Shown here piece after piece: positions 1-13,169 of a stretch of 64,000 nt of DNA. This DNA is from Spirogloea muscicola (lineage: Eukaryota). The first letter of the stretch is position 1. The number at the start of each line of letters is the position of its first letter. A model generated the notes under the pieces. That model saw only the letters and a program-made list of their open reading frames with translations, searched no databases and was not told where the DNA came from. Location of the stretch: assembly GCA_009602725.1 (NCBI GenBank), contig WELB01000018.1:239802-303801 (forward strand), written 5' to 3'. The position numbers were made by a program, and so were the translations under genes.

Positions 1-2399
1 GACGCAACCACGGTGACAAACGAGGCTGCCATTGGCGAGGAGAGGCAGCGGCGGCTAAAGGAGCAGGCCAGCATCCTGGGCCGTGGCAAGCTTGTGCTTG
101 TGCTTGATCTGGACCACACCCTGCTCAACTCTGCCAAGGTGAGCACTGGAGCTCCGATGTCTGGAAGCTGCTGTGTGCACTCTTTAATGTAGACTACAAA
201 TTTTGAATACACACGTAGATCCTTTATGAGCAGTTCCAGTTAAGGGCCTGCCTCTCAGTTGTCTTACAAAGAGGACTCTTAAGTGCAGTTTGGAGAGATA
301 GAGCTGGCATGGGACCAGAAGCTCAGGGCTATCGAGAGCGCGGGGAGGCTGCAGTTGGGGCGAAAGCGAGAGCTTCACAGCTTCACGCACATTGCGATGT
401 GGACGAAGCTGCGGCCTGGCATTTGGCATTTCCTCACCAGAGTAAATGGTTGTCCTTTCTAGGTGGCAATTTTGGTCCTATTATGTGCTGCTAGCTACTC
501 CGTACTTTAGCCAGGAATCATTCAGCACATTTGTTGTAGCCAATTTTATAGTGAGTAATTTGCGTTTTCCAGCCCCTTTGGACCTGGATATATTCCTCTT
601 GGCTTGCCTTTCAGAGCCAATATTTTCCTCGTAAGAACATCTCGTTCTTCTTTCCATGGCTGCAAGTCAGCTACGCTTCTCCATTCTCGATTGAATGCCT
701 GCTCGACTGCGCAGGCAAGCCAACTGTATGAGCTGCACGTGTACACAATGGGCAATCGTGCATATGCAACGGAGATGGCGAGGCTCTTGGACCCGACGGG
801 GGAGCTCTTTGCCGGGCGAATCATCTCCAAAGGCGACAGCATTGAGGGCGACACGGTCCAAGACAATGTCAACGACGAGGGCGAGATGGAGCTGGAGAGT
901 CGGCCCAGCCAGCAGAAGAGCAAGGACCTGGATGGTGTCCTGGGTATGGAGTCCACAGTTCTTATTGTGGACGACTCAGCGCGCATGTGGCCGCACCACG
1001 CTCTCAATCTGATTGCTGTTGAAAGGTGGGTGCAGAGCAGCTTCAAGCCAAAGCTGTGGACCCATTCTGCAGAGATTTACCACAGACGCCATGACCTGGG
1101 CAGACCACATGTGAATGATCATTATAGCAGTCGTTTGGCAGTGAATCTGCATGCATCTCATTGGTGTGGAAATCTGGGTCTTGCTTTTGAAGTTTTGGAG
1201 TTTTGGAGTTTCGGAGTTTCCAGGCAGCCACATGAAAGGCTGATGCTTGTAGTGGATAGCAGGTACATTTTCTTCCCATCTAGCCGGCGGCAGTTTGGAC
1301 TGTGGGGCCCCTCCCTCCTGGAGCTGGGCCACGACGAGCGCGAGGCTGACAGCTGCCTCGCCATCACCCTCTCTGTACTCACCTTCATCCCTCAATTTAC
1401 AAGGCGTTAATGGCAGAAATATCACCGATCCTACAAAGAGCAACATGTGCAACATCAATATATGTTGGGTTATGTTCACTGGGCCATGCATAGTGACTGG
1501 ACATCTTCTGTATGGTGCAGGTGCTGGAGCAGATCCATCGGTCCTTCTTTGCTGACCCCTCCCGCGTCAACGATGCCGATGTCCGCAGCCTCCTGGCTCT
1601 GGTGCAGCGGGCGGTGCTGGGCGGCACCCGTCTTCTCTTCTCTCGCGTGTTCCCCGTCAGTACCGTGAGCTAAGAGCACATTGGAGCAGCCGGCTTAGCT
1701 GTGGAATATGCCGATCGCTACAAACCTTGCTTGCAGATTGTGGCTGAGGCAGACTGCCTGACTCAAGCCATGCTTGCCTGCTTGCCTGGTCTTTGCCTGA
1801 GTTTATGAGTGATTGAGTGGCTTAACGGGTTCCAGGTTGGCGATGCAAGTCCCCACATGCATGCAGTCTGGCGCATTGCCGAACAATTCGGGGCAGTGTG
1901 CACCACTGAGCAGGACGACAGGGTCACGCACGTGGTGGCCAACTCGCTTGGCACGGAGAAGGTACTCAGGGTTAAATATTTGCATATTGCTGATCCTAAG
2001 CAATATGCATCTCAGTGCTGGAACACACATCTAACTGGCTTATCTGGCCCCTTTGAAGAGGCCACATGTATGCACATATGATTTTCTAACTCGAGTTTGT
2101 GGCAGGTGCGCTGGGCCCTAGCCACTGGCAAGTTCGTTGTCCGGCCAGCCTGGTGATCTTCCCTTCCCCAAGCTCATATTGAATAAGTTGCGAATAGTAT
2201 GTGTATGATTACATTCATTTAAGTTTGCCATTAGCTTGCTAAGGTACTCGATGGGCATTTTTGTCCATTTGATGGGCAGCAGCACAAGCCATCAAAGCAC
2301 GCGCGCACGTGTGACATGTTTGGTTGTTGTTTCAGGATAGAGGCCTCTGCCATTCTCTACCGCAGAGCAGATGAAAGAGAGTTCCCAGTGCCACCTTGA
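1..2399 (+). CDS. CPL3: RNA polymerase II CTD phosphatase-like (FCP1 family, CPL3-like); 3' part with FCPH and BRCT domains, 5' end outside the window
   Basis: GT-AG exons at ~1-138 (LVLDLDHTLLNSAK, DxDxT motif), 289-441 (MWTKLRPGIWHFL), 715-1025 (LYELHVYTMGNRAYATEMARLLDP...VLIVDDS), ~1263-1374, ~1521-1655, 1837-1961 (BRCT: VTHVVANSLGTEK), 2106-2152 and 2336-2399; stop TGA 2397-2399. Confidence 0.92.
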
Positions 2400-2909
2400 C
2401 GGCCTAAAATACACTTCCGGTCTTTTCGCTGAGGGGTAAGTCTCTCTCATCAGCAGAAGTTTTGATATTTCAATGGGTGCAGCGGGACGTCCAATACCGT
2501 CTGGACAGAGAATCTGGTCATGAGTGTCCCACTACATCTACATTCATACCTGGAACCTCACATTACACTCTCCTGCAAAGTCCTTGACAGATCCGCAGCA
2601 ACCAGGTATGTGTAAACCATTTCCAACTTGCCAGGTACATACATGACGGTTCACTCCAAGCCCAATGTTGACTGAAACCCTAATCCCAACAATAGCATAC
2701 TCTCTTTGAGGTTGTCAAAATTTGAGAAGCTAAACAAGTGACGAAGATAAATGGACTAATAAGCCATCGGCAGCCACTACCTGACATCCCAAAGTTGACA
2801 AGGTAACGAACAAACTACTTGCATTTTGCCCCTAACAAAGCTCAAAGCTCAAAGCCAAAAGAGGGTGCATACATATTGACATTGGGCATACAAAAATCAG
2901 GGGGAGCAT

Positions 2910-2984
2910 GTAGACATACTTTTCACTTAGACATACTTTTGACTTATACATACTCTTAACTTAGACATACTCTTAACTTATATA
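2910..2984. repeat. ~17-bp minisatellite (ACTTAGACATACTYTTN-like), about 4 copies
   Basis: Tandem units visible directly in the sequence. Confidence 0.8.
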
Positions 2985-3330
2985 ACTCATAGTGGCAAAG
3001 CTACTTCGTGCACTCACAAGAAAGAGGTGGGAGTGGCTTATTCACGGGGACAGTGGAAAGAGCCAGCTTTGATTAGGTATTGAACGAGGGCTAGGACATC
3101 CAGCCCAGAAGTCAAACAACTTGATTTGTGAAAGGTGATAAAAGAGACTTTTTTGGTGAGAGACCACACAGGACAACATGCCCAGACTCGAAACTGGCTG
3201 TCCTTGCTTCACAAAGAGAAGCAAAGAATAATGAAAGGCAATCCCCAATGGGACAACCAGCTCTGTCAGGGAGGACGGAGCTTCTCTTAGTATGACTTCT
3301 CAACTTGAAAGTAACAAGGTGAGTATCGAA

Positions 3331-3700
3331 GGGAGAGGAAGACTCTTCCTGAAGAGGGCGACGGCTGGGGTTGGCCAGCCCAGGAAATGAATGAACGGAG
3401 TTCGAAAAGGGACCAGAAAAGCGTTTTAAGAACACAGCGCCTCAAGTGGCCACTGGGTGCTCATTATCCTCTATTGAGCAGCCTCAGGTCAGGGGCACTA
3501 GTCACCGTGTAGCGGGTGCCCTGGCCAGAGCCAGAGGAGCCAGAGGCTGCAGCCAACGAGCAACCAGCGCGCAGACGCAATGCGCGTGCTATGATCCATT
3601 GCAAAGAAGTGGCACTCCAAATGGGTGCAAGGGCTGTGATAAGCCAGCCCAAAAAGAATTGACAAGGGTTCGGAAGGGCCGACAAGCGTTTAGCAGAGAA
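3331..3700 (-). mobile_element. Two head-to-tail 3' relics of a CRE-like RLE non-LTR retrotransposon
   Basis: Minus frame ends ...ARALRLRAGCSLAAASGSSGSGQGTRYTVTSAPDLRLLNRG*, homologous to the C-terminus of the 47.4-49.3 kb element; family 3' motif (GGGCTGGC..CAGCC) at ~3345-3385 and ~3605-3660. Confidence 0.8.
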
Positions 3701-4420
3701 AGTGGTCAATGGCTTAGCGCTAGGGTTTAGGTTCAGGCGGCGCAGCACTGCCAGGTTTGAGACTCGCGGGCATGCTGGCAAGCCGAGGCAGCAGCGCGGC
3801 GCCCCCGGCGCAAGATTCTGGCGGGAAGCGGAAGCGAAGGTTTGCCGAAGTTTGCCAAGCAGGCGGTCTCCCAGTGGGACGACCCTGCGTTGACCCGACG
3901 GGGACAATTTGTCGGCCGGCAACCGCCACGTCGGCGCTGGGAGATTCCCTTCCCTAGCCTGGCGGGGGCAGAATGGAAGTGCGTCATGGGGGGTAACTGC
4001 CCATTAGACTGCGGGCCACCCGACGGGCCGCATCCCGGCCGTTCTTATTAGTGGGGCTTGGCAACGTCTGACGTGGTGGTAGCAGCGGCGCCGCTAACCG
4101 ACTCCCATGAGCGGGGGCGGGCTGCCGGTTAAGGGGCGGCGGCGGTTATCGGTCTCTTAAACCGCCCCGGCGGGGAGGAAACTGCGCGGAAGCTGCCGCG
4201 ACCTCTCCCCCTCGGAGCTCCGTTCTTCCCGTCTTCCCATCTCACGGCGCGCTCGCCGCCCCGAGCTCGAGTCCGCCATCGCTGGCTCGGGCCGCCGCCG
4301 CGCCGCGGCAAGGCGCGCGCCGCGAGGCGCGCGCCGCGGCGCCGGCTCTCGCGCCGTCTCGGCTAACGGCGGCCGCAGTCGCGAGCTGCGAGTTACCTTT
4401 CCGGGCCATCGTCCTGAGCG

Positions 4421-7400
4421 ATGGTGCAGCCGCGCGAGGTGATCGCGGTGGCCGTCGGCAGCGACCGCGCGTCGTCCCGGGAGGCCGCGCAGTGGCTCCA
4501 GCGCGCGGGGCTCTACCGCCGCGACCGCGGCGACAAGGTCTTCCTCGTGCACGCCGTCACCAAGATCAACATCTGTGAGAGGCCCCGCGCCTCTCCCGCA
4601 CTCTTGCCGCCTCTCTGCAGCCTCCCTGACTGGCGGCTGCCGTCTATCACCGATGTGATTTACCTCGTCACATAGCCATCTGCCGATGGCCCACATTTGC
4701 GTCATGACACTCGCAAGCTCGTTCAGAGGTCCCTAGCAAGGCCCCTGAACATCTGCAGCTGCTGACTCGCCCCCCGCTGCTCACAGTGGGAGCCAACTGC
4801 CCCGTGGCTAGCGCCAACAAGATGCAGCTTGCTGGGTACCTCACCACCTTCGTCGCGCCAATGCTGCACAAGTACCGTGCCGACTTTGCGGCCGTGCAAG
4901 TGCGCACACCACCAGTGCCGCCCCCTCTCCTAGCGCTGGAGGGATGTGCGGTGCGCAATGCAGCCACTGACAGTGGCCTCGCGTGCAAAGACGACCTGGC
5001 CGCATCTCTCCCATGGCGCTTCTGAGGCGCCCGTCCAGTGTCTCCCGTGCTCGTCTACAGATCCCTGTGGAGCCGAGGCCAGTGTGCACCGAGAATCGCG
5101 CCAAGGGCATCGTGGCGGAGGCCAAGCAGCTGGGTGCCACGCGCCTCGTCATGGTTGCTAAGCAGTCCACGTTTTTGAAAAGGTCAGACCCCAAACTGAC
5201 CATCTTAAGTACGCGTGGCCAATTCCAGAGCCAGTGCAGATACCCAATGTGCCTGCACTCTTGTGATCCTGCACATGGTCCTGATAAGCAGCTCTGTTGG
5301 CACTTCCGTTGACAAAGTAGCCTTGTTTGCACATTCTACTCAATGGTGGCTTGGGTTTGCACACATGGCAGGCATGGAGCAACAGTGATGTACTGTGGGC
5401 TGCACCGGCCAGAAACCTGCTGCTTGTACGCCATCCAGGGCGGGCGTGCTGTGCAGGAACTGCCAGCGCTCGCCGACTCTGCTTCAATTTTGGCGGAGCT
5501 AGAAGACGCGTCCACAGCCAGCAGCCCAGCACCATCCAATAGCAACACTGTGGGCAGCCCAACAATATCACGGACGTCCTCTGTCATGTCTGAGGTGTCC
5601 CTGCCAGGTGCGGCATTTAGCTGGTTCTAGCGCCAGCACGCGGCAAGAACAGCTCAGCGCTTCTTATGTGATGGAAGCACAGTGCTATGCATGGAGCGTT
5701 CCTTGACTTTTTTCCTGAATCGATGGTGAAATGCTGGTGCTCTGTATGTTCTGTGCTGCGTCTGTACAGGTTCATTTGTTGGCGAATTTGGGTCCTCCTT
5801 GGACTTCAATATGTCACCTGCCAGGGGTCCTCCTGTAACCCCTGGAGCGTTGCCTAGATGCAGCGCTCCCCCGCTGGCAAACTCGCCAGCGGGGAGCTTG
5901 TACCCTGTCATCAACACCCTGCACTACGGGCAGGACCTGCCGGCGGCGAAGCCTGACGCAGGGCTGCTCAACAGCAGCAGCTCGTCGCTTGGGTCCACGG
6001 CGGAGCTTTCAGACTGCCAGCCCACCGCTCCGCCAGTGTATCAAGGCTTTTCCACGGAGATTGAAAGACTGCAGCAGCTGCGAATGCAAGCTCCCTCTGA
6101 GCCCCCATCGCTTATGGGTCTGTACAGCCCTCTGCCAAGCCTCCATGATCTGACAGCCAGCTCAACAGCAAGCTCAACACCACCCAGTGCATTTCCGGCG
6201 CACGTCACTCCGGAGCCCGCCCTGTCGCCGTTGCGCATGTTGCCTCCGACCTCAACACCCCCGTTGAGCCAACCCCCGTTGAGCCACCTAGATGCGGGGC
6301 TGGGCTCAGAAGACTCGCTCTGGGCACAAGTCCAATCCTACTACTCTCAGCAGGTATGCCTTCAATCCAACAAAGGTCCTCAACAGATCGTTTAATGTGT
6401 TAATAGACTCAATGATATTCTTTCTCACAGCAATTTGTGTGCCGCCGCTGAATGGCACCAATCCTTTCTCATGGCTTCATCAGAAGCAGGAGATGGAGAG
6501 GGCGCTCGCCCGTGCAGCGCAGGCAGAGCTGGAAGCCAACAAGCTCCGTCGGGAGGCTCTTGAGCAAATGGAGCACAGGCGGCGTGCAGAGGAGGCGGCT
6601 GAGTGCGCGCAAGTGCTGGTACAGCAGCTCAATATCTCCTCCACCATCCTCTCAGTGATGTGACTTTTAACCAACGTGCCGCACTAGGATGATACATATG
6701 ATGAAATATTTGGACCAAGCATGAGGGATGCACTCCTACATCCATTCAAGAGAGTCGGTCATTTTTCAACGACATTAGAGCCCTTTAGGACAGCTCAGAG
6801 TACTCGGCATTCCTGGCCTCATTGTGCAGGCCAAGACCCAGGAAGACCAGATTGCAGCAGCCATGGAGCGTTCCAAGGAGGCGACGCAGGCTGCAGAGGA
6901 AGCGCGGCGGCTGGCCGAGGAGGAGAGCCGAATGCGCATGGAGGCCATGGCGGCTGCGCGGGCCGCACAGACGCTGGCTGAGAGCCAGGCGAAGCTGCGG
7001 GAGGAAGCTGAAGCGCTCGCGCAGAACACCCGGCAGGAGCTCCTCAACTCCCAGCAAAGACACTACCGCACGTACACGTGGGAGGAGCTCCAGGTGCTTG
7101 ACATGTCAGCCTGATGATATGAAGCTTGGGTTGACCAGGGTGATCCAAGCACTTCCCTATCTAGTTTTCCAATATGCATAAGCAACGAGCACTTTGACTT
7201 CTCCAGTAGGGAGGCCTGAGCTCCAAGTGCCTGAATCTTTCCAGGCTGCTACGGACAAGTTCAGCGAGAAGCACAAGGTTGGGGAGGGCGGGTATGGCTG
7301 GGTGTTCCGAGACAGGCTGCACCATACAGACGTTGCCATCAAGGTCCTCAAGAGCACAGACGCTATTGAGGGAAGGTCTGAGTTTCAACATGAGGTACTT

Positions 7401-9320
7401 CTGAACATCATGTGGCCTTTGGTAGTGACTCTTACAGCTTTTCACTTCCGGCATTAGTTTGTATCAGACAGTGGAGCGTCTCAATTAATATGTCAAAGCT
7501 GACTGACGGTCACTGTCGAGACTGTCAGGTGGAGCTGTTGGGCCGCATTCAGCACCCCCATCTGGTCATGCTTCTGGGCTGCTGCGTCGAAGTCACAGAC
7601 GATGGCTCGTGCCATTTCGCAATAGTCTATGACTATTGCGCCAATGGAAATCTGGAAGAGCACCTGACTGGTCAGGCAGCCCTGCCATGGTACACCAGGA
7701 TACGTGTTGCAGCAGAGGTATGGGAACACATGCCTTCGATCACTTACTTTCTCTTTCGTCCTGTAATTACAGATCGTGACAACTATGGCTTCCGTAAAGC
7801 CCTGGGTGTATAAGCATGTCTGGTGGTCATATATACCTGGCATTGCAAAAGCTGGCCGGTCACTGATTCTAGCTCCAGCATGTAGGCATGTCAAGATGAC
7901 CTTGCAGAAGTAACCTCAAAGTGCTTTGCTGACGCGATTGCTCACAAGACTTTGGCGTGGGTGCACATGCCGCCAGGTCACGTCAGCGCTTGTCTTCCTT
8001 CACAGCAACAATCCGCCCATCGTTCACAGAGACCTGAAGGCAGCAAACATTTTGCTGGATCAAAACTTTGTGGGGAAGCTTGCGGTGAGCTGTCTTTGGA
8101 GAAACTGCTGACATTATATTTATGCCCTGGTTGGTCAAGCCCATGTGGATGTCTGATGTCTTCAGTATTGATGCTGATGGAGGCCCTGGTTTCGGTTGCA
8201 GGATGTGGGCATGGCGGAGCTCATGCCGGGCATCGCTGGCCAGCTGACGATGCGGACGCACGTGACACAGACCCATGCGGTCGGCACACTTGCATACGTG
8301 GACCCCGAGTTCTATATGACGGGCCGGTGGGGCACCAAGTCTGATGTCTACAGCCTCGGGGTTGTGCTTCTCCAGCTGCTGACCGGGAAAGTCCAGGTTG
8401 TATATCGAGACCTTTGTTCCTTCTAAGATCGTTCCACATTTTGAGTCCCTTCGATGTAGTCTGGAAAAGTTAGTCTGTCTCTATATGTGCCCCAGATCGA
8501 GAATAGGGTCATTGTGATTTTCCCTTGCCCAAGAGATGACAGCTGCTGCTGCACGTGCGGGTCAGGTCATGGACAAGGTGGAAGACCCCGTAAAGAGGGA
8601 CAATCTGGAGAGCGTCCTGGACCCGGCGAGCGGCACGTGGCCCCGCAGTCTTGCGCTGGAGCTTGCTCTTCTTGCGCTTGAGTGTGTGACGATGCAGCGC
8701 AAGGACCGTCCAGAGCTTGCAAGCGTCATGGCTCGCCTCGACGCCCTCCGCACGACTGCCAAGGAAGCCGCTGATAAGGAGGCGCCTGCACAGCGCACTT
8801 TCCCGCTTGCCAGCAGTTTCAATGCGTACTTCTTGTGCCCTATAATGCAGGTAAGGAGCAACATCTCGAGACTTCCTCAGGCTTGACCTCTGGAAGTTGC
8901 TGCGTAGGTACTTGAATAATGACTGGTAACTTGCATCGTCTCATTATGAGTGACGAGATGTTGATCTGGCATGACTGGTACATCACTAGCGACAGCTTGT
9001 GAACAAAATTTGTGGGACCTTGGCATTAGGCTCAAAACAAATACTGCAAACAAATTGGTGAATTTAACGGAGAATTGTGCCCGTGCTCTCAGGACGTAAT
9101 GCGAGATCCTGTGCTCGCGGCTGATGGCCACACGTACGAGCGCGTGGCCATTGCCTCGTGGCTGACCAGCAATGATACGTCGCCCATGACGAATTGTGAG
9201 CTGCCGCACAAAACGCTTATGCCCAACTATGCGCTGCGGAGCATGATACAGGACTGGAAGCTCCGGAGAGGGCAGGAGAGCAGCAGCCGCCAGCCTCCAT
9301 TGGCCAATGGTCGCCAATAG
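4421..9320 (+). CDS. Plant U-box protein kinase (USP-like N-terminus, Ser/Pro-rich linker, coiled coil, RLCK-IXb-type kinase, U-box); PUB33/34/35/52-like architecture
   Basis: Spliced frames give EVIAVAVG...VFLVHA (USP), coiled coil EMERALARAAQAELEA, kinase GEGGYGWVF / VAIKVL / HRDLKAANILL / DVG / VGTLAYVDPEF / KSDVYSLG, and U-box FLCPIMQ|DVMRDPVLAADGHTYERVAIASWL..TSPMTNCEL..LMPNYALRSMIQDW; stop TAG 9318-9320. Confidence 0.92.
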
Positions 9321-10202
9321 CAGCCCGAGATCCGCAAACAATTTAGGTCAGACTTTAAGTTACTTCTGTGGGTGGTAATCCAGCCTTCTCCCGCATGCTC
9401 ACAAGCTCCCATGCCAACTGCTCTTAGTGAGCGCTGATTGCCTTGAGCCTCTTTGGCATCGCCGTTGCTCATGAGCGTGCCGCGCTTCCTTTAGAAGCCC
9501 GTACATACAACCTTGTCATCGATATACCTGATTAGTAGACCAGTCTGACATTTTAGTATCACATCGTTCACTGCGGCTGGTGAGGAATAACCTCGCCTCG
9601 TGGGCTTCACCGCGCTGACCATCACAAACAAAGACTGTCCATTATGCCATATTGACATACTGAGATCGCCTGTCTGCCCACAACATTCACACAGTGCTTG
9701 TTGCCAGCTTGTTCTACTTGTGGACATTGACTCGCGGATCATCTTCTCAGCCCGTCAGATTCGCCCAACTGCAGAGTCATTGACCGGATGCATATACGCC
9801 ACTTACATTTGAAGCTCTTGACTGTAGTTTCTAAGCCCTTGCCTGGTGTACCGCTCTGTGGCTTGGAGCATAAAAGATGGTCTGTCAATAAGATTGAGTC
9901 CTTGAGGATTGAGTTTATGGAATGCTTTTAGGATTAGAAAGAAGAGATTGTCCCACTATATCTGCAGATACTATTCACACGTCCTCTCAACTGCAGGCTT
10001 GTGCCCTTTCTGCTATTAATATACATCGAATTGTTATGACCCTCAGCTGTGCTCTGTGTATGTCCAGCATCCATACTGGAGAGGCAAAGGCCTCCCTCTT
10101 CACCAACGTCCACATCACCTTGTTCCTTCTTCAACGCCCCTCTTGCCTGTTGCACTCAGCTTGCTGCTCTCCTATCGCCCTCTGTGATGCTGCTCGCCTT
10201 AC

Positions 10203-10262
10203 TGTCCATTCCTTTGGGCTGGCCTTTCCCAGCCACCAGTCAATCTGGCCGCGCTCTTCTCT
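10203..10262 (+). mobile_element. Solo ~60-nt copy of the CRE-like 3' terminal motif (mini-element)
   Basis: TGTCCATTCCTTTGGGCTGGCCTTTCCCAGCCACCAGTCAATCTGGCCGCGCTCTTCT, near-identical to 11431-11490 (+) and ~54795-54850 (-). Confidence 0.75.
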
Positions 10263-10332
10263 GGGAAGAAAGCGGCTGCTGAAATGAAAGAATCGGCGGG
10301 GAAGAGAGCAAGCGCTGGCCTCTGACAAAAGA

Positions 10333-11143
10333 GAGAAGGCGCGCGGTGCGCATGAAGTTGAAAGGGAGGCTTGTTCAAGCCAATTGATTGTTCAAGCAGA
10401 GGCTAGTGCAAACTAAACAAGGCTACATGATGCGGAGACCTAAAGTAAGGTGCCTAAGGTGACACTAGTATCCACGGGAGAGCACAAACAAATCTGACAA
10501 GCTAACTTGGGGAGCTGGAGCGCCACCACGAGAGCCGGAGGCCTGACTTAGAGCACGCCTTGCACGTTGATGAATAGCCAATGCTTGCGAGCGCTGCAAA
10601 CTAAGCGAGAGCCGCATTCTATAATATGCAACTAAGGCCTGCGGAATGCTGGAGTGGCCCAAGCTGCCCCCCCGACTTCGACGACGCGCATCAACCAGCC
10701 GGGCCAGATGCTTGAGCAGGGAGGACCATTTTGCGCTGTAGCCTCCGAAGATATCCATGGCACACGGATAAAGATGGTCCCCTCGAGGATGGTCCTGGTA
10801 GTGCCGCTCCTTCTTGCGCTCTGCGCTGGACGTGGCCCAACCAGACACGGTTGACGTGGGTGCGCCAGCCTTGTATGCGTCAATCAGGACCACGTCCAGG
10901 AGCAAACGAGGCCCACCGCCCCGGGGGGTGGCGACCACGTCCAGGCGCCGCACGTAGGGCTTGCCGCGCCTTGAGGAGATGGGCATGATACCAGACACTT
11001 CCAGCGCCGGGTGGTACCCCGCTTCGCGCACAATTCCAAACATAGCATCCCTCGTGCGCGGCGATGCGCTCACCCCCCTCACCACACCTCAGCATGTGCG
11101 CAGTGAGGGCGAGCTTGTTGTCGGCAGTGTGGCCACACTCGCA
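10333..11143 (-). mobile_element. 5'-truncated CRE-like RLE LINE, subfamily B (zinc knuckle plus endonuclease), 11-bp TSD
   Basis: CECG..HMLRC..AHE zinc knuckle, RRLDVV..LLLDV, ERKKERHY, LYPCAMDIFG; ORF ends SLSDLFVLSRGY* at 10465; direct repeat CTGACAAAAGA at 10322-10332 and 11144-11154. Confidence 0.88.
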
Positions 11144-11154
11144 CTGACAAAAGA

Positions 11155-11763
11155 AAGAAAGGGCTCGCCCATTGAGGATAGGGGCTGGACAAGCCAGCCC
11201 TAAAAAGAATGAACAAAGAACGAGAAGGTGGCCAGAGGAAGCCAGAGGAAGCGCTAAGAAACCAAAGCACACAAAGAAAGCCTCCCCGTGCCTTCAGAGA
11301 GGAGGTGCTCTGCTACAGAAAAGCATGGCCAAGGTCCACCACGGACGCTTGGGCCTTGTCCATGGACCAAAGAAGGTGCTCGCCCATTGAGAAGAGGGGC
11401 TGGCAAAGGCCCAAGCGGAAGGAATGGACCTTGTCCATTCCTTTTGGGCTGGCTTCTCCCAGCCACCAGTCAATTCGGCCGCGCTTATCTTGGGCCCGGA
11501 GCTCGAGGGGGCGCCCGCCGTCGAATGGCGATCCGATCTTCATCGGGCCGGGCGGGCGGAGGTCAGCCGGCGAGAAGAAGTGGCACTCCCAATGGGGGCA
11601 AGGGCTGCGAAAAGCCAGCCCAAAAAGAATTCACAAAGGTTCAGAGGGGCCTAAGAGCGGTGAGCAGCTACAAAGGGGCCTGAGGATGCAATGGTAAAAC
11701 AGGGGGAGGATGGATCACTCAATAAGTACGAGTGAGGAGCCTCAGATCCGACAGACTAGCTGC
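11155..11763 (-). mobile_element. Compound array of CRE-like 3' ends running into the assembly gap
   Basis: 3' motif copies at ~11155-11215 (-), ~11370-11428 (-), 11431-11490 (+) and ~11575-11630 (-); ORF end SLSDLRLLTRTY* near 11720. Confidence 0.8.
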
Positions 11764-12697
11764 NNNNNNNNNNNNNNNNNNNNNNNNNNNNNNNNNNNNN
11801 NNNNNNNNNNNNNNNNNNNNNNNNNNNNNNNNNNNNNNNNNNNNNNNNNNNNNNNNNNNNNNNNNNNNNNNNNNNNNNNNNNNNNNNNNNNNNNNNNNNN
11901 NNNNNNNNNNNNNNNNNNNNNNNNNNNNNNNNNNNNNNNNNNNNNNNNNNNNNNNNNNNNNNNNNNNNNNNNNNNNNNNNNNNNNNNNNNNNNNNNNNNN
12001 NNNNNNNNNNNNNNNNNNNNNNNNNNNNNNNNNNNNNNNNNNNNNNNNNNNNNNNNNNNNNNNNNNNNNNNNNNNNNNNNNNNNNNNNNNNNNNNNNNNN
12101 NNNNNNNNNNNNNNNNNNNNNNNNNNNNNNNNNNNNNNNNNNNNNNNNNNNNNNNNNNNNNNNNNNNNNNNNNNNNNNNNNNNNNNNNNNNNNNNNNNNN
12201 NNNNNNNNNNNNNNNNNNNNNNNNNNNNNNNNNNNNNNNNNNNNNNNNNNNNNNNNNNNNNNNNNNNNNNNNNNNNNNNNNNNNNNNNNNNNNNNNNNNN
12301 NNNNNNNNNNNNNNNNNNNNNNNNNNNNNNNNNNNNNNNNNNNNNNNNNNNNNNNNNNNNNNNNNNNNNNNNNNNNNNNNNNNNNNNNNNNNNNNNNNNN
12401 NNNNNNNNNNNNNNNNNNNNNNNNNNNNNNNNNNNNNNNNNNNNNNNNNNNNNNNNNNNNNNNNNNNNNNNNNNNNNNNNNNNNNNNNNNNNNNNNNNNN
12501 NNNNNNNNNNNNNNNNNNNNNNNNNNNNNNNNNNNNNNNNNNNNNNNNNNNNNNNNNNNNNNNNNNNNNNNNNNNNNNNNNNNNNNNNNNNNNNNNNNNN
12601 NNNNNNNNNNNNNNNNNNNNNNNNNNNNNNNNNNNNNNNNNNNNNNNNNNNNNNNNNNNNNNNNNNNNNNNNNNNNNNNNNNNNNNNNNNNNNNNNN
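11764..12697. other. Assembly gap (N run)
   Basis: Run of N. Confidence 1.
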
Positions 12698-13169
12698 GTG
12701 CGGAGATTCGGCGGAAACGTGCGACAGCGGAGCGCCAGCTCGGCGCTCCGCCTGCCGCAAGGCGGGAGCAGGTGCGCGCCGCGGTGGTGGACGAGAAGAG
12801 AAGCAAGGCAACTGCTCCCACTCCCACTGCTTGCGACTGGCTTACCGAGCGCAGGCGGCCCGGGCAGGGCGGGCGCGCCCGCTCTGGCGCCGCCGCCGGC
12901 GGTGGCACGCGGACGCGCAAGCGCAAGGCCACTGCGAGTGTGCTGCACGAGCACTGCCGGCTGCAGAGATTCCGCAGCCACTTGCGACCTGCCTTCTTCG
13001 ACGCAACCTCCAACCTGCAAGCTCGCGCTGCGAGGAGAACAACAGCGGCAGTGCGTCAACGCTGGCGCTCGCATGGGGGTGCAATCAGCAACTGCGGGTG
13101 GCTGCCACAAGCGCTGCACCGCGTACGCCGAGGGCATAGCGGGCACGCCGCCAAACAAGCCCGCCATGA

